DNA from: Eledone cirrhosa
Lineage: Eukaryota
NCBI GenBank assembly: GCA_964016885.1
Contig: OZ024765.1
Coordinates: 17,608,001-17,672,000, forward strand
Length of the DNA stretch: 64,000 nucleotides
Reading direction: 5' to 3'
Shown: positions 1-14,526 of the stretch, one piece after another
Position numbering within the stretch: the first letter of the stretch is position 1
Layout: each line of letters begins with the position of its first letter
The notes under the pieces: generated by a model
Told to the model about the DNA's origin: nothing
The model's input: only the letters and a program-made list of their open reading frames with translations
Databases searched by the model: none
Position numbers and translations under genes: made by a program

Positions 1-61
1 CACTCTTTTTTCTCGCTCTCTCTCGCTTTTTTTTTTATTTTTCACACTGTCTTTCCCACAG

Positions 62-333
<272 letters not shown>

Positions 334-379
334 ATGATGGCTGCCCCCTCGTTATCGAGTATGGCCATTGCACGAGGAG
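334..379 (-). mobile_element. Isolated 3' tip of an RTE-type retroelement
   Basis: Minus strand TGGCCATACTCG-ATAA-CGAGGGGGCAGCCATCAT resembles the 3' end TGGCCGTACTCG-AAAA-CGAGTTGGCAGCCATCAT of the ~600-bp element (copy at 53.7 kb). Confidence 0.55.
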
Positions 380-750
380 AAAAAAAAATTAAATAAATAA
401 AAAATAAAATAAAATTTAAAAAAAGAAATATATATATATATTTATATATATATACACATACATATACATATATACACACACATATATATATGCATACACA
501 CATATACATTAATAATAATAATAATAATAATAATATCAACAATAATAATAACGACAACAACAACAATAATAATATACATATACATATATAAACACACACA
601 CACGCACACACATAAACATATCTATACACACACACGATAGCAACTAACAGCGCTGCGATCGAATGTGGCTTTTTAGCCCAGCCAATGATCTAAAATGTCT
701 TGCACAGAGTCGGCAACCAAAACATTCACTAGGAATAGCCGGACACATAT

Positions 751-791
<41 letters not shown>

Positions 792-949
792 TATAAAAAA
801 AATTAGAATTTTATTTCTCGCCCTAGCACAGCTGATACATAAATGTAGGCACACATACACACACGTAACTTTAACCTGTTTTAAAGTATATTTTTTTGTA
901 TTTTCTCGTCGATAACGAAGCATAAGATACCACCTTGGTTCCAAGGAGG

Positions 950-2818
950 GGAAATCTCTCAATGCACAGCGGCACAGACTCGGTGGTCAAAGTTAATGGC
1001 CACCTCTCGGACCATTTCGGCTCTCCCATATCGATCCGTCAAGGGTGCCATCTCTCTTCCCTTCTGTACGTATTGACTCTCAAGCCTTTATTACGGAAGC
1101 TGGAGCTGCTGCAGGGCATCCCGCTCGAACCGGGACGTGGAAAGGCGGTGTCGGCTTATGCGGACGACATCACAGTGATGGTGTCGGACACCTCATAAAT
1201 CGAGGTGGTCGGCAACTTATTGGAGGAATATGAAAGGTTGACGTGAGCAAAACTTAACCCGGAAAAGTCGGTGGGCTTGCAACTCGGCACCTGGAGAGGC
1301 AAGTCCATGCCGTCCAATAGCGTCATGGGGCGCTGGACGGACGGACCGGTAAAGTTGCTCGGGGTTTTGTTCGGGCCAGACCTCCAGGTGAACGAGGTAA
1401 CGAGCAGGGTAGCCAGTCTCATCCATAAATGGGCTGCGAGGAAGCTATCGTTGAAAGGTCACGCGGAGGTGGCGAACGCGTACATCGCCTCTGTCATCTA
1501 CTACCGCCTGACCGTCGTGCCTTGCCCCTGTCCACGCCTCGTCAAGTTGAAACAGTTCCTCTTCAAATTCTTGTGGATAGAACAAGTTCCGTTGGTGAGG
1601 CGGTTCATCTGCTGCCAGCACCGTCTACGCGGAGGGTTGGGCATGCCGTGGCTAATGATGCGCAGACATGCGCTGAGGCTGCGACATCTCCAGATGCCTA
1701 AACAGTGAACAGGTGTGGTCGCCGTTTATCAGACTTGCCCTTCCGCAGCTCGTTTCTTTGACTGAGCTACAGTCCTGGGTCAAGAAGAGACAGAGACTGG
1801 GTGACTGGCACCTGGAATGTTGCCAGGCACTCCCTGCCCTCTACCAAGCGGGCAATGCGATCAGTGGAACTTCCATTCTCGAGTTCTATAGAAGATTAGT
1901 GGTGGGCAAGTGCGATGACGTACTGGGAGAGGCTTTGGGCGTTAGCGGAGTCGAACTGACCACTCTGTTCCGGAGAGCCTTCGAGCTAGGGACGATGGAG
2001 AATTTCCAGAAATCCCTCGCTTGGCAGTACGCCCGGGGGGAGGGGTTACTGCCGGTTCGGGATAAACTCTACAGGCACGGAAGTGCTGTCAGACGGACCT
2101 GCCCAAGATGCGCACAGAGCGACGAAACAGTTCTGCACGCACTTGTCCAATGTCTGTGTATTACTTACTTGTGGAGTTATGTCGAACAGCTGCTGTTGCG
2201 TGTAGAACGGATCCGGCTATCGGCCGAGTCCATAGTGAAGATCGACCCGCCGCCTTCCTTTGGACTGGAAGAGCAGGTAATTTTCCTCTGTCTGGTGACA
2301 GTTGCGAAAGAGGTTATATGGTGGACCAGATTAAAAGGACTGAAGATAGACACTTTTCTCTTCGGCCAATCCCTCATCAACTTCTTCAAGTTTCACCTGA
2401 AAAGGAAGGTGTGGGCGGAGAGAGAAGTGCTGCCCCCCGTACATTTGCTAAATGGTGGGTGAATGTGGCGAGAATGGCTCGTGTGAATGGGCCTACTCTG
2501 ACCATGCGTGTATAGGCTAGCTAACTTGAGGAGATGGGTGCTCTCCCTGGGTGCCCTAGAAGCGCAGGGTGGTTCGGGATTGGTGGGGTACCTGAGTCAC
2601 CCCTGGGTCGTCCACCCCCGATAGGGGAATTTATTTATTTTGTTCTATTTATACATAGTTTATTTTATATTTGTATATCTTCATTGTTAAATTAGTCTTG
2701 CCATTGTGCACTTTTACTCGACCTTATTGTAATCCCCACTGTCCCTGTCTTTGTATTGGCCCCTACATGTCGGCCCTTGTGGCTAATACATGAAATCATT
2801 ATTATTATTATTATTATT
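950..2818 (+). mobile_element. 5'-truncated, decayed Tx1-clade (L1-like) LINE: RT C-terminal half, zf-RVT, 3'UTR and (TTA)n tail
   Basis: SIRQGCHLSSLLYVL, AYADDITV, KLNPEKS, LSLKG and GGLGMP motifs; CPRC...ETVLHALVQC zinc knuckle; in-frame stops and frameshifts; ends in ATGAAATC followed by (ATT)n. Confidence 0.9.
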
Positions 2819-2820
2819 AA

Positions 2821-3010
2821 GGGCGATGGATTGGCAGTGTCGGTAGAGAGTCTGACGTCATGCTTTGCAGCAAAGAGTTATGGCCCTTTATGGTCTGAGT
2901 TCAAATCCCGCCTTTCATCCTTACGGGGTCGATAAAATAAAGTACCAGTAATACACTGGGTAATTGCTGGCCTTGTGCCAAAAGTAGAAACAATTATTAT
3001 TATTATTATT
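2821..3010 (+). mobile_element. tRNA-derived SINE (family A)
   Basis: A-box-like TGGCAGTGTCGG, B-box GAGTTCAAATCC, body GCCTTTCATCCTTACGGGGTCGATAAAATAAAGTACCAG, (TTA)n tail; 8 related copies in the window. Confidence 0.85.
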
Positions 3011-3418
3011 ATTGTTTTTCCTTTTCTTTCGGTATTGTTTCTGATATATGCCGCGTGTCTGCCTGAGAGCTAGGGCAAATAAATTCATTGTAAACATTGG
3101 TAAGGCAGTTAACACACCACATTGAATATAATTTACAGCTTATCAATCCTACAGAGATAGTGCTTTACTCTAACACACACATCCACACAAAGGGGTGGGG
3201 ATATCATTCTCACTGAGATAGTTCTCTTCTCAATACGTGTGCAGTACCCCACTTTTTCGATTTCAATAAACATATATTTGTTTATATCACAAAAGGGTTT
3301 AATTTTAAAGAGCTTACTGTGGTTTCTGAATGCTATGGTCTCCGCCAAGTTTGGGGTTGTGGTGTAAGAGATTTTTACATTATTTTTGGTTATGATTTTA
3401 TCGTACTTATGGTTGGTT

Positions 3419-3468
<50 letters not shown>

Positions 3469-3474
3469 CGCGCG
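3419..3474. repeat. (GT)n(GC)n microsatellite
   Basis: Seen directly. Confidence 0.95.
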
Positions 3475-3589
3475 TTATTTTTGTTAGGGATTCTATGGTA
3501 GTTATGGTCGGGTGGGAGGTTTTCCTCTGGGATACTGAAGGAGATTTTAGAGATATTAGAGGTAACGCTCTTGGAGTACGGAGGAAAAT

Positions 3590-3960
3590 ACCATGAAATA
3601 TTACGGTGGCGTCTTCAAATCCGTTCTCTCGACTCATCCCTCTCCAAGGTCTAGCCTCTTCTTTCTTCAACTTCCCATCCTCTCCTCGTCCAATCTATCC
3701 TCCATTTCAATCGCTTCCTCTTCAATTTACTCTCCTCCATCAAAAATAGAAAGCTTCACACACTGCGCTCCCTGTCTACCGTCAGCACCCACACCATCTC
3801 ACTTCCAACCCTAACTCTATTATCCCTTTGCCTTCGACTCACCCTTCCATCGCCTCCAGATAGTATTCTCTCCGCACCACTGACCCAACACACTTCACAC
3901 CTAACCATCGCGGCCTCTCCATTTCCGCATGTCTCTCTCCTTCACTTAACTATCATACGG
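3590..3960 (+). mobile_element. Possible decayed fragment of a Penelope-like element ORF N-terminus
   Basis: Broken frame reading ...LQIRSLDSSLSKV*...ILHFNRFLFNLLSSIKNRKLHTL followed by Ser/Thr/Leu-rich sequence; resemblance judged from memory only. Confidence 0.25.
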
Positions 3961-4011
3961 TTGACAGCCTACCCCCTGAACTGCCAAACTTCGAAGCAGA
4001 GACCTCCCTCC

Positions 4012-7000
4012 ATACTACTGGTCATCTAATCTGACATTGTCTAAAATACTGCTGAAGGCCAGAGGTGAGTTACCACTGGTCAAATGTTGTGACATTGTCT
4101 AAAATACTGTTGTAGGACAGAGATGGGTTACCACTGGTCATCTAATCTGACATTATCTAAAATACTGTTGAAGGCCAGTTGTGGGTTACCACTGGTCATC
4201 TAATCTGACATTATCTAAAATACTGTTGAAGGCCAGTTGTGGGTTACCACTGGTCATCTAACCTGACACTGTCTAAAATACTGCTGAAGGCCAGAGGTGG
4301 GTTACCACTGGTCAACCAACGTGACATTGTCTAAAATACTACTGAAGGTCAGAGGTGGGTTACCACTGGTCAGGTAACGTGACATTGTCTAAAATACTGT
4401 TGAAGGCCAGAAGTGGGTTACCACTGGTCAACCAACGTGACACTGTCTAAAATACTGCTGAAGGCCAGAAGTGGGTTACCACTGGTCAACCAACGTGACA
4501 CTGTCTAAAATACTGTTGAAGGCCAGAGGTGGGTTACCACTGGTCATCTAATCTGACATTGTCTAAAATACTGTTGAAGGCCAGAGGTGGGTTACCACTG
4601 GTCAACCAACGTGACATTGTCTAAAATACTGTTGAAGGCCAGAGGTGGGTTACCACTGGTCAACCAACGTGACATTGTCTAAAATACTGTTGAAGGCCAG
4701 AGGTGGGTTACCACTGGTCAGGTAACGTGACATTGTCTAAAATACTGCTGCAGGACAGAGGTGGGTTACCACTGGTCAGGTAACGTGACATTGTCTAAAA
4801 TACTGTTGAAGGCCAGAAGTGGGTTACCACTGGTCAACCAACGTGACACTGTCTAAAATACTGCTGAAGGTCAGAGGTGGGTTACCACTGGTCAACTAAC
4901 GTGACATTGTCTAAAATACTGTTGAAGGCCAGAGGTGGGTTACCACTGGTCAACCAACGTGATATTGTCTAAAATACTGCTGTAGGACAGAGGTGGGTTA
5001 CCACTGGTCAACCAACGTGACATTGTCTAAAATACTGCTGAAGGTCAGAGGTGGGTTACCACTGGTCAACCAACGTGACATTGTCTAAAATACTGTTGAA
5101 GGCCAGAGGTGGGTTACCACTGGTCAGGTAACGTGATATTGTCTAAAATACTGCTGAAGGCCAGAGGTGGGTTACCACTGGACAACTAACGTGATATTGT
5201 CTAAAATACTGATGAAAGCCAGAGATGGGTTACCACTAGACAACTAACGTGACATTGTCTAAAATACTGCTGAAGGCCACTTGTGGGTTACCCTTGGTTA
5301 ACTAACGTTGCACTGTCTAAAATACTGCTGTAGGACAGAGGTGGGTTACCACTGGTCAACATACGTGATATTGTCTAAAATAGTTTTGAAGGACAAGGTG
5401 GGTTACCACTGGTCATCTAACGTGACATTGTCTAAAATACTTTTGAAGGACAAGGTGGGTTACCACTGGTCAACTAACGTGACATTATCTAAAATAATGC
5501 TGAAGGCCAGAAGTGGGTTACCACTGGTCAACTAACGTGACATTGTCTAAAATACTGTTGACGGTCAGAGGTGGGTTACCACTGGTCAACTAACGTGATA
5601 TTGTCTAAAATACTTTTGAAGGACAGAGGTGGGTTACCACTGGTCATCTAACGTGACATTGTCTAAAATACTGCTGACGGTCAAAAGTGGGTTACCACTG
5701 GTCAACTAACGTGACATTGTCTAAAATACTGCTGAAGGTCAGAGGTGGGTTACCACTGGTCATCTAACGTGACATTGTCTAAAATACTGTTGAAGGCCAG
5801 AGGTGGGTTACCACTGGTCAACTAACGTGACATTGTCTAAAATACTGCTGAAGGTCAGAGGTGGGTTACCACTGGTCAACTAACGTGACATTGTCTAAAA
5901 TACTGCTGAAGGCCAGAAGTGGGTTACCACTGGTCAACCAACGTGACATTGTCTAAAATACTGCTGAAGGCCAGAAGTGGGTTACCACTGGTCAACCAAC
6001 GTGACATTGTCTAAAATACTACTGAAGGTCAGAGGTGGGTTACCACTGGTCAACTAACGTGACATTGTCTAAAATACTGCTGAAGCTCAGAGGTGGGTTA
6101 CCACTGGTCAACTAACGTGACATTGTCTAAAATACTGCTGAAGCTCAGAGGTGGGTTACCACTGGTCAGGTAACGTGACATTGTCTAAAATACTGTTGAA
6201 GGCCAGATGTGGGTTACCACTGGTCAACTAACGTGATATTGTCTAAAATACTGTTGAAGGATAGAGGTGGGTTACCACTGGTCAACTAACGTGACATTGT
6301 CTAAAATACTGCTGAAGCTCAGAGGTGGGTTACCACTGGTCAACTAACGTGACATTGTCTAAAATACTGCTGAAGGCCACTTGTGGGTTATCCTTGGTTA
6401 ACTAACGTTGCACTGTCTAAAATACTGCTGTAGGTCAGGTGGGTTACCACTGGTTAACTCACGTGATATTGTCTAAAATACTGTTGTGTGACAGAGGTGG
6501 GTTACCACTGGTCATCTAACGTGACATTGTCTAAAATACTGCTGAAGGTCAGAGGTGGGTTACCACTGGTCAACTAACGTGACATTGTCTAAAATACTGT
6601 TGAAGGACAGAGGTGGGTTACCACTGGTCAAGTAACGTGACATTGTCTAAAATACTTTTGTAGGACAGAGGTGGGTTACCACTGGTCAAGTAACGTGACA
6701 TTATCTAAAATAATGCTGAAGGCCAGAAGTGGGTTACCACTGGTCAACTAACGTGACATTGTCTAAAATACTACTGAAGGTCAGAGGTGGGTTACCAGTG
6801 GTCAACTAACGTGACATTGTCTAAAATACTACTGAAGGTCAAAGGTGGGTTACCAGTGGTCAACTAACGTGACATTGTCTAAAATACTGCTGACGGACAG
6901 AGGTGGGTTACCACTGGTCAACCAACGTGACATTGTCTAAAATACTGCTGACGGGCAGAGGTGGGTTACCACTGGTCAACCAACGTGACATTGTCTAAAA

Positions 7001-10000
7001 TCCTGTTGAAGGCCAGAGGTGGGTTACCACTGGTCAACTAACGTGACATTGTCTAAAATACTGCTGAAGGTCAGAGGTGGGTTACCACTGGTCAACCAAC
7101 GTGACATTGTCTAAAATACTGTTGAAGGCCAGAGGTGGGTTACCACTGGTCAACTAACGTGACATTGTCTAAAATACTGCTGACGGACAGAGGTGGGTTA
7201 CCACTGGTCAACCAACGTGACATTGTCTAAAATACTGTTGAAGGCCAGAGGTGGGTTACCACTGATCAACCAACGTGACATTGTCTAAAATACTGCTGAC
7301 GGACAGAGGTGGGTTACCACTGGTCAACCAACGTGACATTGTCTAAAATACTGTTGAAGGCCAGAGGTGGGTTACCACTGGTCAACTAACGTGACATTGT
7401 CTAAAATACTGCTGAAGGTCAGAGGTGGGTTACCACTGGTCAACCAACGTGACATTGTCTAAAATACTGTTGAAGGCCAGAGGTGGGTTACCACTGGTCA
7501 ACTAACGTGACATTGTCTCAAATACTGCTGACGGACAGAGGTGGGTTACCACTGGTCAACCAACGTGACATTGTCTAAAATACTGTTGAAGGCCAGAGGT
7601 GGGTTACCACTGGTCAACCAACGTGACATTGTCTAAAATACTGCTGAAGGTCAGAGGTGGGTTACCACTGGTCAACCAACGTGACATTGTCTAAAATACT
7701 GTTGAAGGCCAGAGGTGGGTTACCACTGGTCAACCAACGTGACATTGTCTAAAATACTGCTGAAGGCCAGAGGTGGGTTACCACTGGTCAACTAACGTGA
7801 TATTGTCTAAAATACTGCTGAAGGCCAGAGGTGGGTTACCACTGGACAACTAACGTGATATTGTCTAAAATACTGATGAAAGCCAGAGATGGGTTACCAC
7901 TGGACAACTAACGTGATATTGTCTAAAATACTGATGAAAGCCAGAGATGGGTTACCACTGGTCAACTAACGTGACATTGTCTAAAATACTGCTGAAGCTC
8001 AGAGGTGGGTTACCACTGGTCAACTAACGTGACATTGTCTAAAATACTGCTGAAGGCCACTTGTGGGTTACCCTTAGTTAACTAACGTTGCACTGTCTAA
8101 AATACTGCTGTAGGACAGAGGTGGGTTACCACTGGTCAACATACGTGATATTGTCTAAAATACTTTTGAAGGACAAGGTGGGTTACCACTGGTCATCTAA
8201 CGTGACATTGTCTAAAATACTGCTGACGGTCAGAGGTGGGTTACCACTGGTCAACTAACGTGACATTGTCTAAAATACTGCTGAAGGACAGAGGTGGGTT
8301 ACCACTGGTCATCTAACGTGACATTGTCTAAAATACTGCTGACGATCAAAAGTGGGTTACCACTGGTCAACTAACGTGACATTGTCTAAAATACTGCTGC
8401 AGGACAGAGGTGGGTTACCACTGGTCAGGTAACGTGACATTGTCTAAAATACTGTTGAAGGCCAGAAGTGGGTTACCACTGGTCAACCAACGTGACACTG
8501 TCTAAAATACTGCTGAAAGTCAGAGGTGGGTTACCACTGGTCAACTAACGTGACATTGTCTAAAATACTGTTGAAGGCCAGAGGTGGGTTACCACTGGTC
8601 AACCAACGTGATATTGTCTAAAATACTGCTGTAGGACAGAGGTGGGTTACCACTGGTCAACCAACGTGACATTGTCTAAAATACTGCTGAATGTCAGAGG
8701 TGGGTTACCACTGGTCAACCAACGTGACATTGTCTAAAATACTGTTGAAGGCCAGAGGTGGGTTACCACTGGTCAGGTAACGTGATATTGTCTAAAATAC
8801 TGCTGAAGGCCAGAGGTGGGTTACCACTGGACAACTAACGTGATATTGTCTAAAATACTGATGAAAGCCAGAGATGGGTTACCACTGGACAACTAACGTG
8901 ACATTGTCTAAAATACTGCTGAAGGCCACTTGTGGGTTACCCTTGGTTAACTAACGTTGCACTGTCTAAAATACTGCTGTAGGACAGAGGTGGGTTACCA
9001 CTGGTCAACATACGTGATATTGTCTAAAATAGTTTTGAAGGACAAGGTGGGTTACCACTGGTCATCTAACGTGACATTGTCTAAAATACTTTTGAAGGAC
9101 AAGGTGGGTTACCACTGGTCAACTAACGTGACATTATCTAAAATAATGCTGAAGGCCAGAAGTGGGTTACCACTGGTCAACTAACGTGACATTGTCTAAA
9201 ATACTGTTGACGGTCAGAGGTGGGTTACCACTGGTCAACTAACGTGATATTGTCTAAAATACTTTTGAAGGACAGAGGTGGGTTACCACTGGTCATCTAA
9301 CGTGACATTGTCTAAAATACTGCTGACGGTCAAAAGTGGGTTACCACTGGTCAACTAACGTGACATTGTCTAAAATACTGCTGAAGGTCAGAGGTGGGTT
9401 ACCACTGGTCATCTAACGTGACATTGTCTAAAATACTGTTGAAGGCCAGAGGTGGGTTACCACTGGTCAACTAACGTGACATTGTCTAAAATACTGCTGA
9501 AGGTCAGAGGTGGGTTACCACTGGTCAACTAACGTGACATTGTCTAAAATACTGCTGAAGGCCAGAAGTGGGTTACCACTGGTCAACCAACGTGACATTG
9601 TCTAAAATACTGCTGAAGGCCAGAAGTGGGTTACCACTGGTCAACCAACGTGACATTGTCTAAAATACTACTGAAGGTCAGAGGTGGGTTACCACTGGTC
9701 AACTAACGTGACATTGTCTAAAATACTGCTGAAGCTCAGAGGTGGGTTACCACTGGTCAACTAACGTGACATTGTCTAAAATACTGCTGAAGCTCAGGTG
9801 GGTTACCACTGGTCAGGTAACGTGACATTATCTAAAATACTGTTGAAGGCCAGAGGTGGGTTACCACTGGTCAACTAACGTGATATTGTCTAAAATACTG
9901 TTGAAGGATAGAGGTGGGTTACCACTGGTCAACTAACGTGACATTGTCTAAAATACTGCTGAAGCTCAGAGGTGGGTTACCACTGGTCAACTAACGTGAC

Positions 10001-13000
10001 ATTGTCTAAAATACTGCTGAAGGCCACTTGTGGGTTATCCTTGGTTAACTAACGTTGCACTGTCTAAAATACTGCTGTAGGTCAGGTGGGTTACCACTGG
10101 TCAACTCACGTGATATTGTCTAAAATACTGTTGTGTGACAGAGGTGGGTAACCACTGGTCATCTAACGTGACATTGTCTAAAATACTGCTGAAGGTCAGA
10201 GGTGGGTTACCACTGGTCAACTAACGTGACATTGTCTAAAATACTGTTGAAGGACAGAGGTGGGTTACCACTGGTCAAGTAACGTGACATTGTCTAAAAT
10301 ACTTTTGTAGGACAGAGGTGGGTTACCACTGGTCAAGTAACGTGACATTATCTAAAATAATGCTGAAGGCCAGAAGTGGGTTACCACTGGTCAACTAACG
10401 TGACATTGTCTAAAATACTACTGAAGGTCAGAGGTGGGTTACCAGTGGTCAACTAACGTGACATTGTCTAAAATACTACTGAAGGTCAAAGGTGGGTTAC
10501 CAGTGGTCAACTAACGTGACATTGTCTAAAATACTGCTGACGGACAGAGGTGGGTTACCACTGGTCAACCAACGTGACATTGTCTAAAATACTGCTGACG
10601 GACAGAGGTGGGTTACCACTGGTCAACCAACGTGACATTGTCTAAAATACTGTTGAAGGCCAGAGGTGGGTTACCACTGGTCAACTAACGTGACATTGTC
10701 TAAAATACTGCTGAAGGTCAGAGGTGGGTTACCACTGGTCAACAAACGTGACATTGTCTAAAATACTGTTGAAGGCCAGAGGTGGGTTACCACTGGTCAA
10801 CTAACGTGACATTGTCTAAAATACTGCTGACGGACAGAGGTGGGTTACCACTGGTCAACCAACGTGACATTGTCTAAAATACTGTTGAAGGCCAGAGGTG
10901 GGTTACCACTGATCAACCAACGTGACATTGTCTAAAATACTGCTGACGGACAGAGGTGGGTTACCACTGGTCAACCAACGTGACATTGTCTAAAATACTG
11001 TTGAAGGCCAGAGGTGGGTTACCACTGGTCAACTAACGTGACATTGTCTAAAATACTGCTGAAGGTCAGAGGTGGGATACCACTGGTCAACCAACGTGAC
11101 ATTGTCTAAAATACTGTTGAAGGCCAGAGGTGGGTTACCACTGGTCAACTAACGTGACATTGTCTAAAATACTGCTGACGGACAGAGGTGGGTTACCACT
11201 GGTCAACCAACGTGACATTGTCTAAAATACTGTTGAAGGCCAGAGGTGGGTTACCACTGGTCAACCAACGTGACATTGTCTAAAATACTGCTGAAGGTCA
11301 GAGGTGGGTTACCACTGGTCAACCAACGTGACATTGTCTAAAATACTGTTGAAGGCCAGAGGTGGGTTACCACTGGTCAACCAACGTGACATTGTCTAAA
11401 ATACTGTTGAAGGCCAGAGGTGGGTTACCACTGGTCAACCAACGTGACATTGTCTAAAATACTGCTGAAGGCCAGAGGTGGGTTACCACTGGTCAACTAA
11501 CGTGATATTGTCTAAAATACTGCTGAAGGCCAGAGGTGGGTTACCACTGGACAACTAACGTGATATTGTCTAAAATACTGATGAAAGCCAGAGATGGGTT
11601 ACCACTGGACAACTAACGTGATATTGTCTAAAATACTGATGAAAGCCAGAGATGGGTTACCACTGGTCAACTAACGTGACATTGTCTAAAATACTGCTGA
11701 AGCTCAGAGGTGGGTTACCACTGGTCAACTAACGTGACATTGTCTAAAATACTGCTGAAGGCCACTTGTGGGTTACCCTTGGTTAACTAACGTTGCACTG
11801 TCTAAAATACTGCTGTAGGACAGAGGTGGGTTACCACTGGTCAACATACGTGATATTGTCTAAAATACTTTTGAAGGACAAGGTGGGTTACCACTGGTCA
11901 TCTAACGTGACATTGTCTAAAATACTGCTGACGGTCAGAGGTGGGTTACCACTGGTCAACTAACGTGACATTGTCTAAAATACTGCTGAAGGACAGAGGT
12001 GGGTTACCACTGGTCATCTAACGTGACATTGTCTAAAATACTGCTGACGATCAAAAGTGGGTTACCACTGGTCAACTAACGTGACATTGTCTAAAATACT
12101 GCTGAAGGTCAGAGGTGGGTTACCACTGGTCAACTAACGTGACATTGTCTAAAATACTGCTGAAGGCCAGAAGTGGGTTACCACTGGTCAACCAACGTGA
12201 CATTGTCTAAAATACTGCTGAAGGCCAGAAGTGGGTTACCACTGGTCAACCAACGTGACATTGTCTAAAATACTGCTGAAGGCCAGAAGTGGGTTACCAC
12301 TGGTCAACCAACGTGACATTGTCTAAAATACTACTGAAGGTCAGAGGTGGGTTACCTCTGGGCAACTAACGTGACATTGTCTAAAATACTGCTGAAGCTC
12401 AGAGGTGGGTTACCACTGGTCAACTAACGTGACATTGTCTAAAATACTGCTGAAGGCCACTTGTGGGTTACCCTTGGTTAACTAACGTTGCACTGTCTAA
12501 AATACTGCTGTAGGTCAGGTGGGTTACCACTGGTCAACTCACGTGATATTGTCTAAAATACTGTTGTGTGACAGAGGTGGGTTACCACTGGTCATCTAAC
12601 GTGACATTGTCTAAAATACTGCTGAAGGTCAGAGGTGGGTTACCACTGGTCAACTAACGTGACATTGTCTAAAATACTGTTGAAGGACAGAGGTGGGTTA
12701 CCACTGGTCAAGTAACGTGACATTATCTAAAATAATGCTGAAGGCCAGAAGTGGGTTACCACTGGTCAACTAACGTGACATTGTCTAAAATACTACTGAA
12801 GGTCAGAGGTGGGTTACCAGTGGTCAACTAACGTGACATTGTCTAAAATACTACTGAAGGTCAGAGGTGGGTTACCAGTGGTCAACTAACGTGACATTGT
12901 CTAAAATACTGCTGACGGACAGAGGTGGGTTACCACTGGTCAACTAACGTGACATTGTCTAAAATACTGCTGAAGGACAGAGGTGGGTTACCACTGGTCA

Positions 13001-14525
13001 ACTAACGTGACATTGTCTAAAATACTGCTGTAGGTCAGAGGTGGGTTACCACTGGTCAACTAACGTGACATTGTCTAAAATACTGTTGAAGGCCAGAGGT
13101 GGGTTACCACTGGTCAACTAACGTGACATTGTCTAAAATACTATTGATGGCCAGATGTGGGTTACCACTGGTCAACCAACGTGACATTGTCTAAAATACT
13201 ATTGATGGCCAGATGTGGGTTACCACTGGTCAACTAACGTGACATTGTCTAAAATACTGTTGTAGGACAGAGGTGGGTTACCACTGGTCAACTAACGTGA
13301 CATTGTCTAAAATACTGTTGTAGGACAGAGGTGGGTTACCACTGGTCAACTAACGTGACATTGTCTAAAATACTGCTGAAGACCAGAAGTGGGTTACCAC
13401 TGGTCAACTAACGTGACATTGTCTAAAATACTGTTGTAGGACAGAGGTGGGTTACCACTGGTCAACCAACGTGACATTGTCTAAAATACTGTTGAGGAGA
13501 GGTGGGTTACCACTGGTCAACTAACGTGACATTGTCTAAAATACTGTTGTAGGAGAGAGGTGGGTTACCACTGGTCAACTAACGTGACATTGTCTAAAAT
13601 ACTGTTGTAGGAGAGAGGTGGGTTACCACTGGTCAACTAACGTGACATTGTCTAAAATACTGCTGTAGGACAGGTGGGTTACCACTGGTCAACCAACGTG
13701 ACATTGTCTAAAATACTGTTGTAGGAGAGAGGTGGGTTACCAGTGGTCAACCAACGTGACATTGTCTAAAATACTGTTGTAGGAGAGAGGTGGGTTACCA
13801 CTGGTCAACTAATGTGACATTGTCTAAAATACTGCTGTAGGACAGGTGGGTTACCACTGGTCAACCAACGTGACATTGTCTAAAATACTGATGTAGGTCA
13901 GAGTTGGGTTACCACTGGTCAACTAATGTGACATTGTCTAAAATACTGATGTAGGTCAGGTGGGTTACCACTGGTAAACCAACGTGACATTGTCTAAAAT
14001 ACTGATGTAGGTCAGAGGTGGGTGACCACTGGTCAACTAACGTGACACTGTCTAAAATACTGTTGAAGGCGAGAGGTGGGTTACCACTGGTCAACCAACG
14101 TGACATTGTCTAAAATACTGTTGAAGGCGAGAGGTGGGTTACCACTGGTCAACTAACGTGACATTGTCTAAAATACTGTTGAAGGCGAGAGGTGGGTTAC
14201 CACTGGTCAACTAACGTGACATTGTCTAAAATACTGTTGTAGGCCAGAGGTGGGTTACCACTGGTCAACTAACGTGACACTGTCTAAAATACTGTTGAAG
14301 GCGAGAGGTGGGTTACCACTGGTCAACTAACGTGACATTGTCTAAAATACTGTTGAAGGCGAGAGGTGGGTTACCACTGGTCAACTAACGTGACATTGTC
14401 TAAAATACTGTTGTAGGCCAGAGGTGGGTTACCACTGGTCAACTAACGTGACACTGTCTAAAATACTGTTGTAGGCCAGAGGTGGGTTACCACTGGTCAA
14501 CTAACATGACATTTTCTAAAATACT
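4012..14525. repeat. 58-bp satellite array, ~180 monomers, with higher-order block duplication
   Basis: Consensus GTGGGTTACCACTGGTCAACTAACGTGACATTGTCTAAAATACTGCTGAAGGCCAGAG; period measured as 58 (4181 to 4239); identical ORFs at 5308 and 8957 show a 3649-bp shift. Confidence 0.97.
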
Positions 14526-14526
14526 A

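Noticed and set aside
4012-14525. CRISPR array reading of the 58-bp repeat
   Set aside because: No unique spacers, no cas genes, and a eukaryotic context; monomers differ only by point variants.
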